This document shows, piece after piece, positions 1 to 6,203 of a stretch of 10,138 nucleotides of DNA (positions within the stretch are counted from its first letter, which is position 1; each line of letters begins with the position of its first letter). The DNA comes from an uncultured Oligoflexus sp. (GTDB lineage: Bacteria > Bdellovibrionota_B > Oligoflexia > Oligoflexales > Oligoflexaceae): positions 1-10,138 of the forward strand of contig CAXSGP010000137.1 in NCBI GenBank assembly GCA_964236955.1, read 5' to 3'. Under the pieces are notes generated by a model that saw only the letters and a list, made by a program, of their open reading frames with translations, was not told the DNA's origin and ran no database searches. The position numbers and the translations under genes were made by a program.

Positions 1-936
1 ATTGCCGGCTTCGTGGTTCGGCATGAAAACGATGATATGGGTTTTGACCGGGACGATGATACCTTCGAACAGCCACCGCTCAGTTCCTTTGGATTTGAAG
101 AAACAATTGCTCGCGCCATGCCGGCGCTCAAGAACATTGCCACGCTCGCTACGCTCAATGATCATCGACCAAGCCTTGCAGGTTCAGACCAGGGCGATGA
201 ATCGATCGATCACGGTTTGTTTGCCGAACTTCATGCCGCAAGCGAAGCTGACGATCACTTTCCAATGCCCTCAAAAGGCCTGAAGGCTCTAGGCTCTGAC
301 ACTCCAAAACCCGCTAGCCCGGGAGCTGGCGACGCGATCCCAAAGGTCGCCGGAAGCCAGGTGCCACCAGTCAAGCCCAACACCGAAGCCCGGTCTTTTG
401 ATGATAACGAGGACACCCATATCGATCTTCGTCATTCCCATGGCTTGGCCTCAGACTTTGATGATGATGATATTCAGCTGCACCCGCGCGCTCCAGGAAC
501 GCGGGAGTTTAAGGACTCAGGGCTGAATCCCACCTCGGCTCTTAATGAGACCATGCTAAAAATAAGCCTAAGTTTCAGTTCGGATGGCGTCCTGACAATT
601 CTCAGGGACTCCCTCTATAAAATTGGCGATGCCGGCTGTTTGGTCAATACCAAAAGCCAGAAGCAGATTATTTGGAGCCAGGGCATTTTGCTCAAAGGCG
701 TCCTCAATCCCTCGGCACTTCTAGCAATGTTAAAAAGCGGAATGCCCAATCGATGGGAAACAGTGGATCTTAAGGCCAGCGAATCCTGGTCGAAAAAGCC
801 AATGAAACTTCGATTATTCCGCACTGGGAACTGGCTCTGGGCTCATTATTTGAAAGCAGCGGATGATACGATGATTTTCAGGGAAACCGTGGAGAGTATG
901 GCAAGTCAGCTGGTAAATAAGTTGGGCGCCGGGTAA
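1..936 (+). CDS. Hypothetical protein, 5'-truncated; long acidic/Pro-rich low-complexity region followed by a ~130-aa globular C-terminal domain
   Basis: Frame is open from base 1 (ATT GCC GGC TTC GTG...) to TAA at 934-936, so the start lies outside the window. D/E/P/S-rich N-terminal part; mixed alpha/beta-looking C-terminus. No recognisable motif. Confidence 0.75.
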   Translation: MAGFVVRHENDDMGFDRDDDTFEQPPLSSFGFEETIARAMPALKNIATLATLNDHRPSLAGSDQGDESIDHGLFAELHAASEADDHFPMPSKGLKALGSDTPKPASPGAGDAIPKVAGSQVPPVKPNTEARSFDDNEDTHIDLRHSHGLASDFDDDDIQLHPRAPGTREFKDSGLNPTSALNETMLKISLSFSSDGVLTILRDSLYKIGDAGCLVNTKSQKQIIWSQGILLKGVLNPSALLAMLKSGMPNRWETVDLKASESWSKKPMKLRLFRTGNWLWAHYLKAADDTMIFRETVESMASQLVNKLGAG

Positions 937-1061
937 AGTTCTTATCAGTTGGTTGAATAGGAACAGGGCAGTAGTCAGATTAGAGAAGTGCAGCTTGGAA
1001 AGGGGGTTCGAGACGACGTTTCGAACCAAGGACAACCTAACAAGAGCGACCGTACCCGGCC
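924..1061 (-). ncRNA. Candidate small RNA (~135 nt) downstream of a sigma54-type promoter
   Basis: Ends pair: 1060-1053 (GCCGGGUA) with 935-928 (UACCCGGC). Nested helix 1045-1037 with 940-948 is 9 bp with two G-U pairs that form only on the minus strand. Inner hairpin GGTTCGA...TCGAACC at 1005-1027. The predicted start coincides with the closing stem. No RNA family recognised. Confidence 0.45.
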
Positions 1062-1071
1062 CATCACCCTT

Positions 1072-1087
1072 TGCGAAAGTCGTACCA
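1072..1087 (-). promoter_or_regulatory. Putative sigma54 (RpoN) -24/-12 promoter
   Basis: Minus strand reads TGGTACGACTTTCGCA versus consensus TGGCACG-N4-TTGCW. The invariant GG-N10-GC spacing is intact, with two mismatches. Predicted +1 near 1061. Confidence 0.55.
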
Positions 1088-1110
1088 TTCCGATTTACGC
1101 TGGCAAAAGC

Positions 1111-1152
1111 TTTATTAAGTAATTGAATAATTTGATTTATTTGATCTATTGA
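1111..1152. promoter_or_regulatory. AT-rich tract with three tandem 9-mers and an IHF-like site
   Basis: TTGAATAAT / TTGATTTAT / TTGATCTAT at 1123-1149. Minus strand 1137-1125 AATCAAATTATTC is one mismatch from the IHF consensus WATCAANNNNTTR. Confidence 0.4.
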
Positions 1153-1170
1153 CCGATTTCCTATCCGTCA
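1150..1170. promoter_or_regulatory. Imperfect palindrome, possible activator (enhancer) binding site
   Basis: TGAC-C-GAT-N5-ATC-C-GTCA, 7 of 8 arm positions complementary, centred about 100 bp upstream of the predicted sigma54 start. Confidence 0.35.
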
Positions 1171-1196
1171 TCTGCCTGCTAAAAATTAGCCATCTG

Positions 1197-2312
1197 TCAA
1201 ACAGATTGCCGATTTTCGTAGGCAATCACGGCCTCCACGAGTGCGTGGAAGTATTGGCCGGTCCCGGGATCCGATATTACTACGGGACGCCCCTGATCAG
1301 AGGCCTCTCGAATACTGCGATGGAGGGGAATACGGGCCAGCATAGGCACCTGACGCTCAACCGCAAAATCTTCAATCTGCGCCTGGCCAAAGATATCTTC
1401 AAGATGTCCACAGACTCCGCACTGAAAGTAGGCCATATTCTCAACCAAACCAATGATGGGTACTTTCAGTTTCTCAAACATGGACAGACCTTTGTGGGCA
1501 TCGAGCAAAGCTATGGCCTGTGGTGTCGAGACGACAATTCCCCCAAAAAGCGGCAGGCTTTCAATCATAGTCAGCTGCACATCGCCGGTACCCGGAGGAA
1601 GATCGATGATAAGTTCATCCAGTCCCCCCCATTCGACCTGATAAAACAGCTGTTCGAGGGCCTTGGCCACCATAGGTCCCCGCCACATCACAGGCGTGAA
1701 AGCATCAGTCATAAATCCAAAGGAAACGACTTTGATCCCATATTTTTCGAGAGGAATCATTTTTTGATTGGGACCGATCGGCATCGGTCCTTCAAGACCC
1801 ATCAGCATCGCGGCCGAGGGCCCATAAAGATCGGCATCGAGAAGGCCGACTTTATGGCCTTGCAGGGCCAGACCAACGGCAAGATTGACTGACACAGTCG
1901 ATTTACCAACGCCGCCTTTGCCGGACGACACCGCTATGATGCGCCTGACACCAGGAATGGCTTTTATTTTTTGATTCACACCAAATGGTTTGAAGGTGCT
2001 GCCCGCTGGCTCCGATGACTGTGGAGTTTTGATACGCTCAGCCAGCGATTTGAGGCGCTTGTAATAGATGCTCACGCCAGGCAGACCGTCGGGAACGGAA
2101 GATGTAATGTATTGTTCCAGAAGGATTTTCTGATCGAGACCAAAGCCATCGGAAGCAATATGAGCGACCCAGGATCGGTCGCCTTCTTCGATTGCAATGA
2201 GCCGCGCTTCTGGATCGGCGCCTAAAAAGGCAAAGGCTGATTCTTTAGCCGCTTCGGTGAGGAGCTTCGTTAGGGCAAGTGACAAGTCCTTGCGGAGCGT
2301 ATCGGTGCTCAT
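1197..2312 (-). CDS. mrp: Mrp/ApbC/NBP35-family Fe-S cluster carrier ATPase (371 aa)
   Basis: Deviant Walker A SGKGGVGKST, DADLYGPS, WRGPM, IDLPPGTGD, VVSTPQ, and ENMAYFQCGVC (CxxC). AAGGGA upstream of the ATG. Confidence 0.96.
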   Translation of the reverse strand: MSTDTLRKDLSLALTKLLTEAAKESAFAFLGADPEARLIAIEEGDRSWVAHIASDGFGLDQKILLEQYITSSVPDGLPGVSIYYKRLKSLAERIKTPQSSEPAGSTFKPFGVNQKIKAIPGVRRIIAVSSGKGGVGKSTVSVNLAVGLALQGHKVGLLDADLYGPSAAMLMGLEGPMPIGPNQKMIPLEKYGIKVVSFGFMTDAFTPVMWRGPMVAKALEQLFYQVEWGGLDELIIDLPPGTGDVQLTMIESLPLFGGIVVSTPQAIALLDAHKGLSMFEKLKVPIIGLVENMAYFQCGVCGHLEDIFGQAQIEDFAVERQVPMLARIPLHRSIREASDQGRPVVISDPGTGQYFHALVEAVIAYENRQSV

Positions 2313-2318
2313 TACAAT
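2290..2318 (+). promoter_or_regulatory. Putative sigma70 promoter for the grxC-peptidase operon
   Basis: TTGCGG (2290-2295), 17-bp spacer, TACAAT (2313-2318). Overlaps the mrp start codon on the opposite strand. Confidence 0.35.
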
Positions 2319-2385
2319 TTCCCTTGGTAAAGGCTATGAAAAGAATCGAAAACAACTTCCCTACTTGAATTAAGGTTAAAATACT

Positions 2386-2631
2386 ATGAAAGATGTCAAA
2401 GTTTATACAGGCAGCAACTGCGGATACTGCAACGCTGCGAAAAAGCTCCTGCAAACCGCAGCTGTGGCATTTGAGGAGATCGGCCTTGACGACAAGCCTG
2501 AGCTGCGCACTAAGCTGTCGGCGGAAAATGGCCATTACCGCACGATTCCCATGATCTTTATCGATGGCAAATTTATTGGAGGTTACAACGACTTGCAAGC
2601 CCTTCACAAACAAGGAAAACTCCTTGGCTAA
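2386..2631 (+). CDS. grxC: Dithiol glutaredoxin (Grx3-like, 81 aa)
   Basis: CGYC active site, TIPMIFIDG cis-Pro loop, GGYNDL motif, typical length. TAAGGT upstream of the ATG. Confidence 0.93.
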   Translation: MKDVKVYTGSNCGYCNAAKKLLQTAAVAFEEIGLDDKPELRTKLSAENGHYRTIPMIFIDGKFIGGYNDLQALHKQGKLLG

Positions 2632-3979
2632 AAAACCTTGGCTGCTGCTCTTTTTCCTGGTTCTGGGATCCGGGGTTACACCTTTGCCTGAATCCACGGC
2701 CCCTCCATCGCCGCCCGAAACCAGTCGCGCCTGGGATCGGCCCTTGCCCCCTGCAGCGCAAGCCAGGGCATCTCAGGGTCAGCCTCTCACTCGGGAGATC
2801 GAGATCCGGCGACTGTTCATGGAAAAAAACTACGACGAAGCGCTTAGCCTCATTGAGGACGAAGTAAAAAGACTCGACACTGCCAGGGGCGATGCCAACT
2901 ATCGCGACTGGTTAGGTCGACAGAAATGGATATTAAAGACAGCCCAGGCCTGGCTCTTGCTTGAGAAACAAAACTGCCCGGGAGCGATGGCCATCATCAG
3001 CGAAATCCCCGGCGATAAGGTTCCGGAACTGGCTTTTAAAGGCATTGGCTACTGCAAACTCATGGCAAGGGAATGGCAGGAGGCTGACGTTGCCCTGAGT
3101 CGTTACGTGAAATCACAGAATCACGATCACGAAGCCCTGCAGCTGTTGGCGCGAGCCAAAGAATCTCAGGGGCTCTATGAAGAAGCCCTGGATTTGACCA
3201 ATAGCCTGGCCTCGATACCTATGGATAAGGCTGACACGATCAATCTGGAGCCGCTAAAAAAGAGCCTGTTGGCCAAACAGGATGAACATAGCCGGCAATT
3301 GACCCTCGAGAGTGGGGCCTTCAGGATTTACTATCAACCGAATCTTTCCCTCGATTTTGTCGAAAAAGTTGTCGAGACGATGAATCAGACCGCAGCTAAG
3401 CTGAATGCGGACTTTGGCATCGACTACCCAGCTCAGACGATCGATATCTATTTTCACAGTCAGGAGCATTTCGGCGAAATCACCCACGGACCCGATTGGG
3501 CGGCGGGAATATACGACGGACAGATCCGCCTGCCAATCGGCGAGGAAGGTCGCTGGAGCGAGGAAATCGAACGATCCATTCGCCACGAGCTAGCCCATGC
3601 CCTGCTCGCAGAAACGGTTTCGCGTCGCAACCTTCCAACCTGGTTTCAGGAAGGTTTTGCGCAAATCGCCGAATGCCAGAGTCTTTGTTTGAGGTATACC
3701 TATGCCGCCACCACTCAGAAATTTTTTCCCATCAAAAAATTTGATGAATCGTTTATGAGCATGCAGACCCGCGAGGCCCAGGTCGCTTACAAACAAAGCC
3801 TTTATATGATGCTGTATTTACTAAGGCATGAACCGAATGCCAATATCAGGCAGATGTTTAGCTTGATTTCGGGTCTCGACAGCCTTAATTCAAAAGATAT
3901 TATTGAACAATCGTCGTGGTCATTTTCAGAACTGCATGAAGCCGCAGCGGACTCCTGGAACAAGCAGTTGAGCCTTTAA
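2624..3979 (+). CDS. Exported TPR-repeat protein with C-terminal gluzincin (peptidase MA-like) zinc metallopeptidase domain (~451 aa)
   Basis: Start re-assigned to TTG 2624: AAGGA lies 7 nt upstream and it yields the signal/anchor MAKKPWLLLFFLVLG. TPR-like helices. WAAGIYDG motif, HELAH at 3584-3598, LPTWFQEGFA with the third-ligand Glu at 3650. Confidence 0.85.
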   Translation: MAKKPWLLLFFLVLGSGVTPLPESTAPPSPPETSRAWDRPLPPAAQARASQGQPLTREIEIRRLFMEKNYDEALSLIEDEVKRLDTARGDANYRDWLGRQKWILKTAQAWLLLEKQNCPGAMAIISEIPGDKVPELAFKGIGYCKLMAREWQEADVALSRYVKSQNHDHEALQLLARAKESQGLYEEALDLTNSLASIPMDKADTINLEPLKKSLLAKQDEHSRQLTLESGAFRIYYQPNLSLDFVEKVVETMNQTAAKLNADFGIDYPAQTIDIYFHSQEHFGEITHGPDWAAGIYDGQIRLPIGEEGRWSEEIERSIRHELAHALLAETVSRRNLPTWFQEGFAQIAECQSLCLRYTYAATTQKFFPIKKFDESFMSMQTREAQVAYKQSLYMMLYLLRHEPNANIRQMFSLISGLDSLNSKDIIEQSSWSFSELHEAAADSWNKQLSL

Positions 3980-3999
3980 TCGCTCAGCAGGACGGACTA

Positions 4000-4022
4000 G
4001 AGCCTGCGATCAACTCAGGCTC
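4000..4022. terminator. Hairpin between convergent genes, possible weak bidirectional terminator or pause site
   Basis: GAGCCTG-N9-CAGGCTC is a perfect 7-bp stem. No U-tract on either strand. Confidence 0.3.
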
Positions 4023-4040
4023 AGGACCGATCCCCGTTTA

Positions 4041-5960
4041 TCAAGGCACCGCTGTGGCATTTATCGAAGCTGTGCACTGCGTGGCCAGCCATTTTCCTGT
4101 GACGTCGCCGGGAGTAAGATTAAGAAATTCGGTCGTGACTATATTGGACTGAGTATTGGAATTTTCAATGGACTTGCCATTTGCAAAATTTACGCTGGCT
4201 ACATGACCAAAGTCGCCCGCGGGCAGCTGGCCATTTTCATCGAGGCTGTCTTCGGGCGGCTGGATTTCCAAAGCCAGCCAGTTGATACCCTGAATGAAAG
4301 TAGGCTCGACAGGGTCCTCAACGCCTCCCCCTTCGGCAGGAGTTTCGGCTCCCGCTGGAGGCTCCTCACCTGCGGGTTCCAGAGGGGGTGAGAATCCCGA
4401 GGATAGGCCCACTCCCACGTTTGAAAGCAATACTGAGTTTCCAACATCGGCAATGGCGTCTTTCGATCCGTGAAGAACGAGTGCAGCTCCCTGGGCCGCC
4501 TTAAGGGTATGATCTGCCGCAGCTGCTTTCGTGGGGTCTAGCAAGAGCAGTCTGGCTGTGAATTGTTTTCCGAAATTTTGCAGGCCGCCATGCATCAAGG
4601 GAATATTAAGAAGCAGATCGATGCCTTTGACATAAACACCAATCACGGCAGCTTTATCGTCTTCACTTAGGCCTGCATGGGTGCGAATCCCTTGAATTTT
4701 GGCATGGACGCTGGCAAAGGTGGGAATGGAATCGGCAAGAACCTGCTGCGCGGGACTTAGCACCGTGGATGAACCCTTGCCCCAAAAGTCGAGATAGAGC
4801 TTGTTTTTTCCCGACGTGAAACTGGCCTGCGGGGCGATCATAAGCGAACAACTGAAGAGTGCAGGCACCGCACCCTTCGTGCCCAGAGCGGCCACGGCAG
4901 TGGCGTCAGGGCTCGCGGCAAAATAAACCGAATTGATCGCTCCGGCGCGGGCTAATGCCAAGCCGGCAACGCTTGCGCCACGACCCAGCCCTGAGACGAT
5001 GGAAACCGGTGCGCCCGCTGCGGCGGCAAAAAGAGCTGCTGAAGGAGCGAGTGCGGCCTTCGCGCTTGCATTGATTGCGACGATTTTTGTCGAAAGGTCT
5101 TCCGCTCCACCGCTGGCACCGGCGGCGACCCATTTTTTCATGCAATCGTGGAGCCCGAGTAGGTCAGTGACATCGTTTTCATAGGGGAGGGACGTCCCGA
5201 CCGGAGCCGCAAGAATATTCGAGCCTGTACAGGCGCTGGTTTTTACCCCCGCTATCGTATCGTAGCTAGCGCATAGTGGTTCTCCGGGAAATACCGGAGC
5301 TGCAATAATATGCCCGCTCTGCAGATCACCAAGCGACAGTGCAATCTCTTCATAGGCCAGGCCCGAAGCTGCGGCATGGCCGTACATTAGGATGGGATAA
5401 CCAAAGCTCCCAGAGCTTTCGCTCTGGACGGCAATCTGCGCCGCCGCCGCATGCGCCGCGCCGGGTAGCATCTGGGGAACCGTGACCAGAGCCTGTCTGA
5501 AATCAGTATCGCCCGTCAACTTATATTCAAACCTAAAGACGCGCGCCGGTAATGGCAGCGCTTTAGGCGCAGGATCCCCGTTATTGATCTTAAAGGCGTC
5601 GCGGAGGGCGGTGGGGGGAATTTTTATGTCAAGGCAGACGCTTTTTTCAGCATCGCCTACGACTTTGGCAATCTGCGCCTGCGCCTGAAGTTCGGCTAGG
5701 TCAGACACCGCAACGAGATCGGAGAGTGAGGCCAGATTGGTGATCAAATCGTCCTCACTTGTGCCACCGACCGGATCGATGCCAAGAATAGCCCTGATTT
5801 TCTTCCAAAGACTATCTTCATAGTCCTCAGCTACGAGGTCTTCTATGGCTTTGGGAAAGCCTTCGTTGGACTTCCTAGCGGATCCGCAGGCAGCAGTTAA
5901 TACCGCGACTCCAAAGCCGCCCATCGTGCCCAGGTACCGAAGTTTTTGTTCAACTCGCAT
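4041..5960 (-). CDS. Lipoprotein with alpha/beta-hydrolase-like fold and degenerate nucleophile motif (~639 aa)
   Basis: Start re-assigned to ATG 5960 (GAGGGG upstream). Signal peptide ends in lipobox-like LTAA-C25. Motifs in hydrolase order: YPILMYGH, IVSGLGRGASVA, LVLHGSKD, DFGH. Confidence 0.75.
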   Translation of the reverse strand: MRVEQKLRYLGTMGGFGVAVLTAACGSARKSNEGFPKAIEDLVAEDYEDSLWKKIRAILGIDPVGGTSEDDLITNLASLSDLVAVSDLAELQAQAQIAKVVGDAEKSVCLDIKIPPTALRDAFKINNGDPAPKALPLPARVFRFEYKLTGDTDFRQALVTVPQMLPGAAHAAAAQIAVQSESSGSFGYPILMYGHAAASGLAYEEIALSLGDLQSGHIIAAPVFPGEPLCASYDTIAGVKTSACTGSNILAAPVGTSLPYENDVTDLLGLHDCMKKWVAAGASGGAEDLSTKIVAINASAKAALAPSAALFAAAAGAPVSIVSGLGRGASVAGLALARAGAINSVYFAASPDATAVAALGTKGAVPALFSCSLMIAPQASFTSGKNKLYLDFWGKGSSTVLSPAQQVLADSIPTFASVHAKIQGIRTHAGLSEDDKAAVIGVYVKGIDLLLNIPLMHGGLQNFGKQFTARLLLLDPTKAAAADHTLKAAQGAALVLHGSKDAIADVGNSVLLSNVGVGLSSGFSPPLEPAGEEPPAGAETPAEGGGVEDPVEPTFIQGINWLALEIQPPEDSLDENGQLPAGDFGHVASVNFANGKSIENSNTQSNIVTTEFLNLTPGDVTGKWLATQCTASINATAVP

Positions 5961-6120
5961 AGACTTGCCCCTCTTCGCATCACAGTGACTTTTCCATGAT
6001 AATATAGGATGCGTCCTGCAGCCAGATGCTTGCCCACTTTGACTCAAGCCCGCTCTTAAACGGGGTCCTTCCCAAGCAGAAAACATACCGTGCGGCATAG
6101 CTCCTCCGATAATAAGCCTA

Positions 6121-6153
6121 GTTCTGGAAATCAACCGTGGCATGTTCTAGAAT
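6121..6153 (+). promoter_or_regulatory. Putative sigma70 promoter overlapped by a repeated GTTCT(G/A)GAA motif
   Basis: TGGAAA (6125-6130), 17 bp, TAGAAT (6148-6153). GTTCTGGAA at 6121-6129 and GTTCTAGAA at 6144-6152. Confidence 0.4.
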
Positions 6154-6203
6154 AGGTGCAGATGCAGTGATTTTTTGTGAATGAGTTTGATGAAGGGAAG
6201 GGT

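Noticed and set aside
1002..1030. GGTTCGA T-loop-like sequence suggesting a tRNA
   Set aside because: No T-stem, anticodon arm or acceptor stem; the motif is one arm of a simple hairpin.
814..1035. 73-aa minus-strand ORF downstream of the sigma54-like promoter
   Set aside because: TTG start with weak RBS, overlaps the convergent gene by 123 nt, and no protein-like features; cannot be fully excluded without ribosome profiling.
937..1070. 6S RNA, SRP RNA or CsrB-like identity for the structured segment
   Set aside because: Shorter than typical 6S and lacks a clear central bubble. No SRP helix-8 motif. Only one ANGGA on the plus strand. Rfam was not run, so this is not definitive.
1111..1152. 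AT-rich tract with GATCTATT resembling an oriC unwinding element
   Set aside because: No DnaA boxes seen nearby and no origin-associated genes.
1149..1892. 247-aa plus-strand ORF
   Set aside because: Antisense shadow of the well-supported mrp gene; TTG start in AT-rich DNA with no RBS and no motifs.
2336..2368. 10-aa upstream ORF (MKRIENNFPT) whose start context CTATGAAA duplicates that of grxC
   Set aside because: Candidate RBS only 2 nt from the ATG; likely chance in A-rich DNA.
2564..2623. Longer N-terminus of the peptidase given in the ORF track
   Set aside because: Lies inside grxC and buries the signal peptide; TTG 2624 has a well-spaced RBS.
5961..6143. 61-aa N-terminal extension of the lipoprotein given in the ORF track
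   Set aside because: Would displace the lipoprotein signal; ATG 5960 has a GAGGGG RBS and the region looks like promoter DNA.
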